Assembly: GCF_000469585.1 (NCBI RefSeq)
Contig: NZ_AWNK01000004.1
Coordinates: 40,311 to 104,310 of the forward strand
DNA length: 64,000 bases
Reading direction: 5' to 3'
Source of the DNA: Chrysiogenes arsenatis DSM 11915
Lineage (GTDB): Bacteria > Chrysiogenota > Chrysiogenetes > Chrysiogenales > Chrysiogenaceae
The notes under the pieces were generated by a model. It saw nothing but the letters and a program-made list of their open reading frames with translations. It did not search any database and had not been told where the DNA came from. The position numbers were made by a program, and so were the translations under genes. Shown here in pieces: positions 10,374 to 22,895 of this stretch (within the stretch, counting starts at the first letter, position 1; every line of letters starts with the position of its first letter).

Positions 10374-12278
10374 TTATTTCAGGTCGGTTAACGCTTCCGG
10401 AACATGCAAATGAAATCCCTGTAAGTAATCAATTCCAAGCTCGCGCGCTGCCCGTTCCACTTCAGCAGAGTGGACAAATTCGGCAACGGTACGTAACCCG
10501 AGTTCGCGAGCCAGACGAGTAATAGCGCGCACAATAGCATGAGAGTGTTGATCGCAATCCATGTTTTTAATCAGCGAACCGTCAATTTTTACAATATCGG
10601 CCTGCATCCGCAGGATATATTCAAAGTTAGAATAGCCACTTCCAAAATCATCAATAGCGATCAGGCAACCCGCCTCTTTAGCGCGTTGGATAAAAGATTC
10701 AACCTCAGGACTTTCGATAAATGATTGACTTTCGACCAATTCAAGAATGATTCGACCCTGGAAAACAGGATCATTAGCATACTGAAAAATCATTTCCACA
10801 ATCGACTCGTTATTGATGTCATCGAACGTGATATTGATCGAAAACTTCTGCTGATTCTGTCGAAAATATGCAAATAGCTTTTCCATCATTGCGGCTGAAA
10901 GTTTCCCGTAGAGTTTCGACCGTTTCGCCTGTTCTAAAAAAACATATGGGGCAATGACAGTTCCATCATTGCTCAAAATCCGCATCAGCGCTTCAATACG
11001 ATATTCACCACCACTCGCAGTAGCAAATATTTTTTGTCCATACGGAATAATCGCCCCTTTGCGCAATGCCTCTCGCACCATAGCGGTCACTTCAAGTGCA
11101 CGCTGGAGTTCACTTTGAATTTGCTGATTGTTGTCGTAATCAACGAACGAAAGCGTGTGCACTTTTGCATAGTGCATCGCCATATCGGCATTATGGTACG
11201 CCGCTTGACCCTGAGCGGCGGAAACTTTCACGGTTAAATGTAGCTCGTTATCGCCAATTCGGATTGGTTGGCTCTGAAAATGCTCGATAATACTGCTCGC
11301 CAGCATTTCGACATTACAGTAACACTCTACGTGCAGCTCACATTGATCAACGATGATAGCAAATTCGTCACCGACCACGCGATATAAGCGCCCGGCAGAG
11401 CCAATCAGAACACTGACTTGGCGCGCGACTTCTGCGATGACACGGTCGCCATTTTTTTGCCCATACGACTCGTTGATACTGCGGAAGCCATCGATATTCA
11501 CCAGCATGAGCGCGACATTGTCCAAAAGCTCGAGGTCTTCCAGTAGTTGCACTTTATTTGGCAAGTCAGTCAGGGAATCTGTCGTTTGGCGCAGTATCAC
11601 GTCCATCTGCTGAAAGAGGTCGGTAACGTCAGAACGGATGGATGTATACTCAACAAGCTGGTTGTGTTCATCGGTGATGGGGATAATTAACGATTTGACG
11701 TAATAGGCTTCGCCCGATTTCGCCCGATTCTTCGTCACACCACTCCATGTCTCACCATTTTTCAGTTTTTTCCACATCGCGCTAAAAACATGCGATGGCG
11801 TGTCGGGGTGGCGTACAATGCGGTGTGGTTGCCCGACAAGTTCTTCCCGCGAATAGCCGCTCCGTTTACAAAACTGGTCATTTGCATAGGTGATCACACC
11901 CTGAGGGTCAGCTTTAGAAACAATAAAATTATCGTCTATTGCTTGCGTATACTTATTCGTAAAACGGGTTTGCTGAAAATATTGTTCCATCGAGAGCGCC
12001 AAAGTTTTCCACTCATCGTCATGCTGTTTGAGCTGAGTGAGTTTTTCACTATTTAAGTGCTCTAACGCATGCGTCATTTGGAGAATAGGGACAACGGACA
12101 TGCGGTGCAACACGAACGAGAGGATAGCCCATGCAACAAATGTTACCATGGCAAAAGAAACCATATGGATAAAATTGAACAGCTCAGGATGCAACAATGC
12201 CACCCCAAGTACGACGAAAAGGAAATAAATCGCAAATATGATGGCTACCGGCAGGGCAATTTTTGAACGGTACTTCAT
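10374..12278 (-). CDS. Membrane-anchored PAS-GGDEF-EAL protein (probable c-di-GMP phosphodiesterase with a degenerate GGDEF)
   Basis: Two N-terminal TM helices and a PAS domain. GGDEF-like domain with RVVGDEF, so the first Gly of GGDEF is lost. EAL domain with EALMRIL, ..IAIDDFGSGYSN.., ..KIDGSLI... Confidence 0.85.
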   Translation of the reverse strand: MKYRSKIALPVAIIFAIYFLFVVLGVALLHPELFNFIHMVSFAMVTFVAWAILSFVLHRMSVVPILQMTHALEHLNSEKLTQLKQHDDEWKTLALSMEQYFQQTRFTNKYTQAIDDNFIVSKADPQGVITYANDQFCKRSGYSREELVGQPHRIVRHPDTPSHVFSAMWKKLKNGETWSGVTKNRAKSGEAYYVKSLIIPITDEHNQLVEYTSIRSDVTDLFQQMDVILRQTTDSLTDLPNKVQLLEDLELLDNVALMLVNIDGFRSINESYGQKNGDRVIAEVARQVSVLIGSAGRLYRVVGDEFAIIVDQCELHVECYCNVEMLASSIIEHFQSQPIRIGDNELHLTVKVSAAQGQAAYHNADMAMHYAKVHTLSFVDYDNNQQIQSELQRALEVTAMVREALRKGAIIPYGQKIFATASGGEYRIEALMRILSNDGTVIAPYVFLEQAKRSKLYGKLSAAMMEKLFAYFRQNQQKFSINITFDDINNESIVEMIFQYANDPVFQGRIILELVESQSFIESPEVESFIQRAKEAGCLIAIDDFGSGYSNFEYILRMQADIVKIDGSLIKNMDCDQHSHAIVRAITRLARELGLRTVAEFVHSAEVERAARELGIDYLQGFHLHVPEALTDLK

Positions 12279-12320
12279 ATCATTCCTGTGAGAGCGGGTT
12301 CTAAAGGCATATCGTGCACC

Positions 12321-12365
12321 GAAAAATAGTCCCCCAACGTGCCGCAGAATACGACACGCTGGGGG
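12321..12365 (-). terminator. Intrinsic terminator downstream of the haem-MCP gene
   Basis: 11-bp stem (CCCCCAACGTG / CACGCTGGGGG, one mismatch) with a 13-nt loop. On the minus-strand transcript it is followed by ACTATTTTTCGG. Confidence 0.5.
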
Positions 12366-12380
12366 TTGGTAACTGTGATG

Positions 12381-14192
12381 TTAGCGGTTGTGTTTCCCTT
12401 TGTATCCTTTGCCTGCAGGGAGAGCAAGTCCGGTATTGCCTTTCTGCGTAAAGCGGAACTCACTAACCGTATTGCTCATTTCGACGGCTTGGCGGGAAAG
12501 GTTATCAATAGACTGCGCCGACTCTTCTGCACTACTTGCCGTCGTTTCGGCAACATTTTTTACATTCTCAATGCTTTTGGCAATTTCACCAGTAGTGATC
12601 GATTGCTCTTCGCTGGCAGCGGCCACTTGCTGGAATTGATCATTGAGCGACTTCACGACATTGACAATTGTTTGCAGTGCTTCGGCCGCCTGCGTTGCTA
12701 GTTCCGAACCACGGTCAACGCGCGACTGAGTCGCCGTCATCGTTTTATTGGTACGTGCGGCTCCATCCTGAATGGATCGGATTTTATCCGCCACCTCTTT
12801 GGTCGCATTTTGTGTTTTTTCGGCCAGTTTGCGAACTTCATCGGCGACAACCGCAAACCCCCGTCCATGCTCACCAGCACGAGCGGCTTCAATCGCGGCG
12901 TTCAGTGCCAGCAGATTTGTTTGGTCGCTGACTTCGTTAATGACCTGAATAATTTGCCCAATTTCGCTGGCACTCTTATTCAACTGGTCGATCATTTGTG
13001 TCAGTTCTACACTGGCATCCTTCACCGAATTGATCTCGCCAACCGCATTGGCTACCACTCGTTGTCCGTCAGAAGCAATGGTGTTGGCTTCATTCGCTTG
13101 GTCTGCACTTTCAGAAATCAGGCGTGATATTTCAATAACTGTCGAACTCATCTCTTCGGCAGCGCTGGCAATTTGTGCGACTGCATCCGATAACTCATTG
13201 GCACCTTCGGCCATCATCGCCGTGTTTTCGTTCAATTCTGATGCCGCGCGTGCCACATGTGAGCTTGCATTCGTAATAGTCCCGAAAGAGTCGCCAATTT
13301 GATCGAAGGTTGTATTGATCGCGCGTGTCAGAACGCCAATCTCATCGTTTCCACCTTCAGGAGCCCGTTTTGAGAAGTCTTTATGCGATGCGGCGCTCAG
13401 AATTTCAACAACCGTGTTGATTTTATTCGTCAAGGCATTTCTAAGGAAAACCACCATGAAAATCCCCATCCCGATCAACATCACAAGCGCCACACCAATC
13501 GATTTCATCGTGGCAGACAAGACGGCGGACTGCATCGGCTCAAGTTTCATAATAACTTCGTAGGCACCATGAACATCGCCAATTTTCCACCCTTCCATGG
13601 TAAATCCGAGTGGGTCAATGCCGTCGCCATCAGGATCATCAGCTTTTACGCCGTGACACAACATACAAGACTGATTCATTACAATCGGCATCATGTAGTT
13701 CAGCGTATTCGTCTCGCGATTGAAACGGTACAGCTCTGGTAAACGTTTATTTTGGATTTCGCGAATCATTTCCGCTTCAAAAGCATTGGGCTCATTCACC
13801 GGATTACGTGCCTGAAATTTGGGTACGCGGAAGGTGTAGCCGCCCTTTTCAGCGGCATCCATCGCGACACGCCACCCGGCCACAATAGGAATGGTATAAT
13901 AGGCACCCATTTGGCGCAGCTCTTTCATCTTGGCTTCAAAAGGGAGATGCTTGACTTTTTCCAGTTCGCCAAAAAGCCTTTCGTCATTAAAGGCGTTATA
14001 CTTTCCACGCAGATCGCCGATATAGTTCCGCGAGTTTTCCGCCATTGCCGTTATGGCACGAGCACGGTCAACCAACATTTCTTCGGCAATAGCCTCAATT
14101 TCACCACGTGCGACAAAGATAAAAACCAGAGTCATCAGCACAAAACCGATTCCGACACCTAACTGAATGCGCGAGCCGAGTGAATTAAACAT
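12381..14192 (-). CDS. Methyl-accepting chemotaxis protein with a periplasmic c-type haem-binding (CxxCH) sensor domain
   Basis: TM1 (~res 10-32), a ~200-aa periplasmic region containing ..[14 protein letters not shown].. (CxxCH), TM2, HAMP, and an MCP signalling domain (..[32 protein letters not shown]..). Confidence 0.85.
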   Translation of the reverse strand: MFNSLGSRIQLGVGIGFVLMTLVFIFVARGEIEAIAEEMLVDRARAITAMAENSRNYIGDLRGKYNAFNDERLFGELEKVKHLPFEAKMKELRQMGAYYTIPIVAGWRVAMDAAEKGGYTFRVPKFQARNPVNEPNAFEAEMIREIQNKRLPELYRFNRETNTLNYMMPIVMNQSCMLCHGVKADDPDGDGIDPLGFTMEGWKIGDVHGAYEVIMKLEPMQSAVLSATMKSIGVALVMLIGMGIFMVVFLRNALTNKINTVVEILSAASHKDFSKRAPEGGNDEIGVLTRAINTTFDQIGDSFGTITNASSHVARAASELNENTAMMAEGANELSDAVAQIASAAEEMSSTVIEISRLISESADQANEANTIASDGQRVVANAVGEINSVKDASVELTQMIDQLNKSASEIGQIIQVINEVSDQTNLLALNAAIEAARAGEHGRGFAVVADEVRKLAEKTQNATKEVADKIRSIQDGAARTNKTMTATQSRVDRGSELATQAAEALQTIVNVVKSLNDQFQQVAAASEEQSITTGEIAKSIENVKNVAETTASSAEESAQSIDNLSRQAVEMSNTVSEFRFTQKGNTGLALPAGKGYKGKHNR

Positions 14193-14287
14193 ACCACCTC
14201 CTCAAACGTACCGACTAAAAACCAGAATACATAAGAAATAGATACTACTCTTATTCATGAAAAAAAATCAATGGAAAGCACGTCTAC

Positions 14288-17188
14288 TTAGCTCTTCAAA
14301 CCGTAGGCTGAGGCTAAAATTTGTATTGGATGATGCCCATCTTTGCCACGTGCTAAATCTTGTATCTGCATGCGGCAGGTAGGACAGTCGGTGATACCAT
14401 CGGTGCCAATTGCTGCGATAGTTTCCCCAAGATTCTTCCCGATGGCGACCGATGTCGCATAATTTTGCTTTTTCATTCCCCAACTTCCACTCATACCACA
14501 ACACCCGGCTTGCAGAACATGGAATTGTAAGCCTGGAACCATGCGCAGTAAATCGACGCTGGTCGAACGAATTTTTTGCACTTTCAAATGGCAAGGGGTG
14601 TGATACGAAAAACTGGTAACCCGCTCAGGCATGGTGTACGAAAAATCGGTTTTTAGGAGATTTTCTTCGGCAAGCTTCAGGAGATATTCTGAAATGTGCC
14701 ACGTATTGCGCGCCACCAAATGCGTGTCGTCATTTTCAGTTGTATAGAGCCATTCTTCTTTCAGACTTAAATTACACGAGGTACAGGTCGTAATAATGTC
14801 GTACCCTTTTTTGACATAATAGGCAAAAATTCCCGCATTTGAAATGACATCGTACCGCGCTTCTTTCGCACTCCCATTGGAGAGCTTTGGCAGTCCGCAG
14901 CAGTGTTGCTCTGGAACTTCGACGTGAATGTTATTATGCTCCAACACCCGAATGGCAGCCTTGGCAACGTCAGTCTGCATATAATTGGCGGCACATCCGG
15001 TGAAGTAGACAACTTTACGTATCGGATTCGCCAAATGGCTACGCGTACTGGCATACTTCACCGCCGTTTCCTTATGAAAGATTAATGGCGAGCGCTCTTT
15101 AGCCACACCGACCGTGGCATCCATAACGGTGCGCATCAGTGTTGTTTTCAAGAGCGGATTGACAAGAGACGCCAATGAACTGTTGAGCCGCGCCGTCCGT
15201 TCCACCGCCGTCAGTACTTTATTCTGAAACGTCTGTCCATTCCGAGCCACGTAGCGGGCTTTCGCTTCCAGCATCAGTTTCGGAATATTGACGTTGGAAA
15301 CGCACTCATGATAGCAGCTTTGGCAGGTAATACATTGATCCATGATTTCTTTGGCTTCCGCCGAATACGGAAAGGTTGCGGGGTCTAGGTTCCCCTGAAT
15401 CAGATGGCGCAGCATGTTGGCTTTGGCTTTGGGGGCTGCTTTTTCGTCCCGCTTCAGTTTGTACATCGGGCACATCGTCACCACCGTGTCGACCGTCATA
15501 CACGTCGAACAGCCGTGGCACATTTCAATTTGGGCCTGGTAATCGGCACCCTCTTCTGCCCAATGCAGTACCGTCCGTTTCGTGTCCACCACGGGACGGT
15601 ACTCGGCACCGTAGCGCAGATTGCGGGTGTCGGCTTCATCGTCAGGATTTGTTTTTACGTCAGGATTCAGTAAATGTTTCGGATCAAAAATATCTTTAAT
15701 TTTTAAGAAGTAAGGAAAAAGATTCGGGTAAAGGCACTTGATATACCGTGACCGGACACGGCCATCACCATGTTCGCCACATGGCGTTCCATTTAAGCGC
15801 TCGACAACACGGAAAAGCTCCTGCGATATTTTGCGGAACTTCGCAATATCCTCGGGCTTTTTCATATTCAGAATAGGCCGGACGTGCAAAAGCCCTTTGC
15901 CGGCATGGCCATAGACGGAAAACTCAACGCCATGTCGTGCGGAACATTCATACACTTCACGGTAGTATTCGACAAGATTGTGCAGTGGAACCGCCGCATC
16001 TTCGACAAACCCGATCGCCTTCGCGTCACCCTTCAGCTTGTTCGCCAACGGAACCGCCGCCTTGCGGATTGCCCATAACGACTCCTGTTCTTGTGGCGTG
16101 CGTGCGCTATCAAAGCGGAACGCGTAGGTATTCGTTTCCATGATCTCTTTGCGTACCGCTTCGAGCAGGGCTTCGCATTCACCCAAATCGTCGCCATCAA
16201 ATTCGATCATTAAAACGTTATCGAGCTCTGCGGGAAGGTTTTTATCCAGCACCGGATCAACCGCCCGCGCTTTTTTGACGAGTGAACTATCAAGAATTTC
16301 GACCGCTGCAGCACCAGAGTTGACGGCAATCACCGTCGCTTCGCCACTTGATGCAATGTCGCGAAACATTGCCATACCAAGCACCGTGTGTTTCGGAATA
16401 GGGTTCAAGCGGATTTTTGCACGGACGATTGTTGCCAGCGTCCCTTCACTCCCGACAATCAGAGGAACCAGATTGATGACTCCATCTTGGTACACGCCGC
16501 GTAAATTATAGCCGCACACGTTATAGCGAATATCAGGATACCCGATGGCAATCAAATCACGGCATTCTTCGATCGTGGCCATGACACCGCGATAAATTGC
16601 CGCTTCCAGCGTATTCGCCGTCAGAATTGATTGCATTTCTATCGAATCGACTGGCCGTGGTTTCAGATGAATTTTTTCACCGTTATGCAGCACGACTTCG
16701 AGTTCTTCAACATACTCGCCGGTGATGCCATATTTGATCGAATGCGCACCACTGGTATTATTGGCGATCATCCCGCCAACTGTGCAGTAATTGCCGCTTG
16801 AAGGATCTGGCGGAAAGTACAAACCGTACTGCTTGGCCGCTTTATTTAAATCCGCGTACCGCACACCGGGTTCAACCCACGCGTATCCCGCACGGTTGAT
16901 TTCAAGAATAGCGTGACGATACTTCAGGAAATCCAACACAATGCCACAACCCAAACTTTGTCCGCCAATGGCACTTCCAGCACCACGAGCGTGAATCTGA
17001 ATCCCTTTTTGTGTCGCAAAACGGAGCACATGTTGAATATCGACATCATCTTTGGGGTAAACAACCCCGAGCGGCATTACTTGGTAAATTGAAGCATCGG
17101 TAGAGAAAAGACAGCGCGTGGCTTGATCGAAATATACATCACCCTGAATCAGGCTGTTGAGCTCTTCGGCTATGAGATTTGTATCCAT
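14288..17188 (-). CDS. FAD-linked oxidase fused to an Fe-S/CCG-domain oxidoreductase (YdiJ / GlcD-GlcF fusion type; 2-hydroxyacid dehydrogenase-like)
   Basis: 966 aa. N-terminal FAD-binding PCMH domain, then a central block with two 4Fe-4S-type Cys clusters (..CHGCSTCMTV..CPM.., ..CITCQSCYHEC..), then C-terminal CCG-type cysteine motifs (..CCGLP.., ..GCCGMSGSWG..). Confidence 0.85.
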   Translation of the reverse strand: MDTNLIAEELNSLIQGDVYFDQATRCLFSTDASIYQVMPLGVVYPKDDVDIQHVLRFATQKGIQIHARGAGSAIGGQSLGCGIVLDFLKYRHAILEINRAGYAWVEPGVRYADLNKAAKQYGLYFPPDPSSGNYCTVGGMIANNTSGAHSIKYGITGEYVEELEVVLHNGEKIHLKPRPVDSIEMQSILTANTLEAAIYRGVMATIEECRDLIAIGYPDIRYNVCGYNLRGVYQDGVINLVPLIVGSEGTLATIVRAKIRLNPIPKHTVLGMAMFRDIASSGEATVIAVNSGAAAVEILDSSLVKKARAVDPVLDKNLPAELDNVLMIEFDGDDLGECEALLEAVRKEIMETNTYAFRFDSARTPQEQESLWAIRKAAVPLANKLKGDAKAIGFVEDAAVPLHNLVEYYREVYECSARHGVEFSVYGHAGKGLLHVRPILNMKKPEDIAKFRKISQELFRVVERLNGTPCGEHGDGRVRSRYIKCLYPNLFPYFLKIKDIFDPKHLLNPDVKTNPDDEADTRNLRYGAEYRPVVDTKRTVLHWAEEGADYQAQIEMCHGCSTCMTVDTVVTMCPMYKLKRDEKAAPKAKANMLRHLIQGNLDPATFPYSAEAKEIMDQCITCQSCYHECVSNVNIPKLMLEAKARYVARNGQTFQNKVLTAVERTARLNSSLASLVNPLLKTTLMRTVMDATVGVAKERSPLIFHKETAVKYASTRSHLANPIRKVVYFTGCAANYMQTDVAKAAIRVLEHNNIHVEVPEQHCCGLPKLSNGSAKEARYDVISNAGIFAYYVKKGYDIITTCTSCNLSLKEEWLYTTENDDTHLVARNTWHISEYLLKLAEENLLKTDFSYTMPERVTSFSYHTPCHLKVQKIRSTSVDLLRMVPGLQFHVLQAGCCGMSGSWGMKKQNYATSVAIGKNLGETIAAIGTDGITDCPTCRMQIQDLARGKDGHHPIQILASAYGLKS

Positions 17189-17419
17189 GCACTCTCCATC
17201 CAGTAGGAATTTTCATTGTACATATTGAACAGTCAATTCTATCCCCTCGTTCGTAGAAACTCAACCGCGAAGTGATTGTAACGCCATTCGAAACGTTTCC
17301 CCATGCACCTTTTTTCGCATTAATAATTTTACATTTACAGCGATTCATTTGAGATTTACGTGTGTTAGTATTGCACCAATTTTCTTTACTTCGTTGAAAT
17401 AGGTACGGGGGTTACCACA

Positions 17420-18658
17420 ATGGCGCAACACTACTTGGCACGTCAGCCGATTTTGGATGAAACCAATACCATTCATGCATATGAAATTCTTTTTCGCCAA
17501 TCGCAAGGGATGAATCGGATGATCACGGATCATGACGCCGTCAATGAGCTGCTCATTCGCAACACATTGGGAACCTACACTCGTGAAGACCTGTTAGGGA
17601 CACACCTTGGCTTTATCAATGTCGACCACACTTTTTTTCTGCGCAATTATGGCACGTTATTCCCGAAGAAAAATTTTATCTTTGAAATTCTCGGTTCTAC
17701 ACAAGTCACCCCCGAACTGATCGCTTGCATCGCCTCGCTCCACAGCGAAGGGCACGTTTTTGCCCTCAGCGAGTTTGTTTTTGAAGAGTGGTATATCAAG
17801 AATTTTTCACCACTCTTCCGTTATGTTTCCTACATCAAAGTAGACTTACGCAAAAACAGCATGCAGCGCATTAAACTCTTAGCGGCGAATTTCCAGAAAA
17901 AACTGGGGTGTAAGATGGTCGCGGAAAAGGTTGAAAGCATTCAAGAGTTTGCGGCATGCAAGCAAATTGGCTTTCACTACTTTCAGGGGTATTTCTTTGC
18001 GCAACCACAATTGCTCAGCAAAGAGACGGTCGACCCATCGCTGACGAAGGTGCTGAATATTATCGCCATGCTCAACAGTGATGATACCGATACCGGTGCT
18101 ATTGTGAAGATATTCGAACAGTCGCCAGAACTTTCGCTTTCTTTAGTCAACTTCATGAACAGTGGCGCTTTTGGTTTACGACAAGCAATCCGTTCCATTC
18201 AACATGCCCTTACATTACTTGGCCGAAAAAAATTAGTGAGTTGGTTGACAGTGATTGCCTGCTCAGCTACCCCGAATGGCAAACGCCATCCAGCGCTGAT
18301 TACCGCTTTGGTTCGTGCGAAAATCATGGAATCACTGATGGAAATGTATGAAGACGGGAAATATCGCAATACTGCCGACAGTGCATTTTTTGTCGGCATG
18401 CTCTCTTTAGTCGACGTTATCCTTAACGTCCCCAAAGCACAAGTTTTGGAAAACATCAAAGCCCATGAAAAGATTTGTCAGGCCGTATTGCAAGGCGAAG
18501 GGACTCTGGGCCTCATGCTGCAGGCGATTATTTTCTATGAAAAGGAGGATTTTGCGGCAGCAGATGGAATTATGGAAAATCTTCTCATACCAGCGAAAGC
18601 GCTGAATGAGATTGTGTTGAAAAGCTATATTTGGGCAGATGCGATACTCGCAAGCTAA
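17420..18658 (+). CDS. EAL-like domain fused to an HDOD domain (probably a catalytically degenerate c-di-GMP binding/signalling protein)
   Basis: EAL-like N-terminus (..AYEILFRQ.., C-terminal EAL block ..EKVESIQEFAACKQIGFHYFQGYFF..). The DDFGTGYSS catalytic loop is not recognisable. C-terminal HDOD-like region (..ALTLLGRKKLVSWLTV..). Confidence 0.75.
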   Translation: MAQHYLARQPILDETNTIHAYEILFRQSQGMNRMITDHDAVNELLIRNTLGTYTREDLLGTHLGFINVDHTFFLRNYGTLFPKKNFIFEILGSTQVTPELIACIASLHSEGHVFALSEFVFEEWYIKNFSPLFRYVSYIKVDLRKNSMQRIKLLAANFQKKLGCKMVAEKVESIQEFAACKQIGFHYFQGYFFAQPQLLSKETVDPSLTKVLNIIAMLNSDDTDTGAIVKIFEQSPELSLSLVNFMNSGAFGLRQAIRSIQHALTLLGRKKLVSWLTVIACSATPNGKRHPALITALVRAKIMESLMEMYEDGKYRNTADSAFFVGMLSLVDVILNVPKAQVLENIKAHEKICQAVLQGEGTLGLMLQAIIFYEKEDFAAADGIMENLLIPAKALNEIVLKSYIWADAILAS

Positions 18659-18662
18659 TAAA

Positions 18663-18698
18663 AACGGGCGAGGATTTCGATTCCCCCGCCCGTTCTAC
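18663..18698 (-). terminator. Intrinsic terminator for gyrB (hairpin shared with the convergent EAL-HDOD gene)
   Basis: Perfect 8-bp stem AACGGGCG / CGCCCGTT (18663-18670 / 18687-18694). On the minus-strand transcript it is followed by TTTTTATTAG. It lies 10 nt downstream of the gyrB stop. Confidence 0.55.
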
Positions 18699-18708
18699 TG
18701 TTGCCCCT

Positions 18709-21192
<2,484 letters not shown>

Positions 21193-21209
21193 TCAATGAA
21201 TTCACAGAG

Positions 21210-22895
21210 TTACTCTTCTATAACAACCGCACTCACCTCAAGCACAAAAGCTATGCTGCCGTCAGGGAGAATCGTCGCACCAGCAAAATACGGAACATCC
21301 TGATAGAATTTTCCTAGCGGTTTGACCACAGCTTTCACTTCCCCGTAGAGATATTGTACCAGCAAACCAATCTGTCTACCGGAATGGCGCACAACAATAA
21401 TGTACTGATCCGCTTCGGCGGCTGAATATTCGACATGTAGCAGTCCACGAAGGCGCATACAGGGGAGCACAGCGCCGCGCAGGTTCGTATACCCGATTTC
21501 TTTCATTTTTCGTTCTTCAGCGGGAGATATTGCTATAGTTTCTTGAATCTGCGCTATCGGGATTACAATTTTTGTGGTGCCAACGCCAACCAAAAATGCG
21601 TCGACCACAGAGAGCGAAAGCGGAATGCGGATGGTAAAGCACGTGCCGCTCTGCGGTTCACTGGCAAGTTCCAAGTGCCCGCGCAACGCGCTAATGGTGG
21701 CGCGCACGACATCCATCCCAACACCGCGGCCAGATAACTTACTGGCGACTTCGGTCGTCGAAAATCCTTGCAAGCAGAGTATATCGAGCACTTCTCGATC
21801 GCTGAGTGCCCCTTCTGGCGATGCAATCAGCCCTTTTTGCACGGCACTTGCCACAATCCGCTCGCGCTGAATGCCCCGTCCATCGTCGCGCAACGAAATG
21901 ATCACGTAGCCCGCTTCTTGCGCAGCATGTAAACGGATGATCCCTTGTGTTTGTTTTCCTGACGTTTTTCTTTCCTGTGGCAGTTCCAGTCCATGATCGA
22001 GCGCATTGCGAATCATATGCAACAGTGGGTCGTAGAGTTTATCGGCGACATTTTTTTCCAGCTCCGTCTCGCCTCCATGAAAATGGAGCTGTACTTCCTT
22101 GCCAAGCTCCGCTGCTGTGGACTGCACAATGCGTGGGAAACGGCGAAATAAGGTATGAATTGGAACCATTCGAAACGACATCGTCTTTTCTTGTACCTGC
22201 TTCGCCAAGAGTGAAATGATCCCTACCCCTTCCAAAGCGCGCTGATTACGCTGCTCACGCAGAAGCGATTCAAGCATAGCGGTAGCGGTTACCATTTCGG
22301 CGGAGAGGTCGATTAGTTCATCAAGCCGCAGCGCATCAACGCGAATAAGCCGTTTTTCCTGATTCAGCACCGCATACGCATGTTCCGCATTGGGGCGAGA
22401 GGGAGCAACAATCGGCGGGCTATCCATATCAAATCCCGCCATTTCATCTTCAGAAAGGGTGGCGATTATCGTGTTCTTGTTGGCAACGTCGTGCATCGGC
22501 ACACTGTATTCCTGAATGCGCCGCACGACGTCGTCGTACTTTTGCAGCAGTGCAGCGTCTGATAGTTCAGGAGTATCCAATAATGCATTGATTAACGGAA
22601 TGGCGAGTTGATGAAATTCAACCAGCAAGAGGGTAAAAGGAACGGTCAGACATACCGATTTCTGCCGCAGGGAAACAAGGAGATATTCAACACTGTGACA
22701 CAGCTCTTCTAAGAGCGCAAAACCCATAATCGCGGCGGATCCTTTTAACGTATGCACCGCACGAAAAAGTTGATTCAGTGCTTCGCTATTAGCGTGATCG
22801 TCCTGCAGGCATTGCAAGGCATTTTCAATTTCTTCAAGCAGCTCGCCAACTTCTACGCTGAACGCATATCGTAGCTCCGCTTGTTCGTCCATCAT
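21210..22895 (-). CDS. cheA: Chemotaxis histidine kinase CheA (P1-P3-P4-P5, no P2 domain)
   Basis: Hpt/P1 (..HTLKGSAAIMGF..), dimerisation segment (..IRVDALRLDELIDLSAEMV..), HATPase (..HMIRNALDHGLE.., ..DDGRGI.., ..GRGVGMDVV..), and a C-terminal CheW-like domain. Confidence 0.85.
   Translation of the reverse strand: MMDEQAELRYAFSVEVGELLEEIENALQCLQDDHANSEALNQLFRAVHTLKGSAAIMGFALLEELCHSVEYLLVSLRQKSVCLTVPFTLLLVEFHQLAIPLINALLDTPELSDAALLQKYDDVVRRIQEYSVPMHDVANKNTIIATLSEDEMAGFDMDSPPIVAPSRPNAEHAYAVLNQEKRLIRVDALRLDELIDLSAEMVTATAMLESLLREQRNQRALEGVGIISLLAKQVQEKTMSFRMVPIHTLFRRFPRIVQSTAAELGKEVQLHFHGGETELEKNVADKLYDPLLHMIRNALDHGLELPQERKTSGKQTQGIIRLHAAQEAGYVIISLRDDGRGIQRERIVASAVQKGLIASPEGALSDREVLDILCLQGFSTTEVASKLSGRGVGMDVVRATISALRGHLELASEPQSGTCFTIRIPLSLSVVDAFLVGVGTTKIVIPIAQIQETIAISPAEERKMKEIGYTNLRGAVLPCMRLRGLLHVEYSAAEADQYIIVVRHSGRQIGLLVQYLYGEVKAVVKPLGKFYQDVPYFAGATILPDGSIAFVLEVSAVVIEE

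Noticed and set aside
10072-10413. 113-aa plus-strand ORF antisense to the CheY-like receiver gene, and similar small antisense ORFs (472-777, 2921-3274, 11034-11290, 12339-12701, 13383-14162, 18631-19173, 25246-25869, 29527-29958, 30679-31134, 31210-31710, 34593-35009, 36130-36525, 38695-39021, 41342-41731)
   Set aside because: Each is fully embedded in a longer ORF on the opposite strand that carries clear conserved domains. None has a recognisable RBS or domain content. They are treated as non-coding shadow frames.
14268-14594. 108-aa minus-strand ORF overlapping the 3' end of the FAD/Fe-S oxidase gene in another frame
   Set aside because: It is nested in the last 300 nt of the 966-aa oxidase ORF, whose own frame continues with conserved CCG motifs to 14288. 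The alternative frame has no features.
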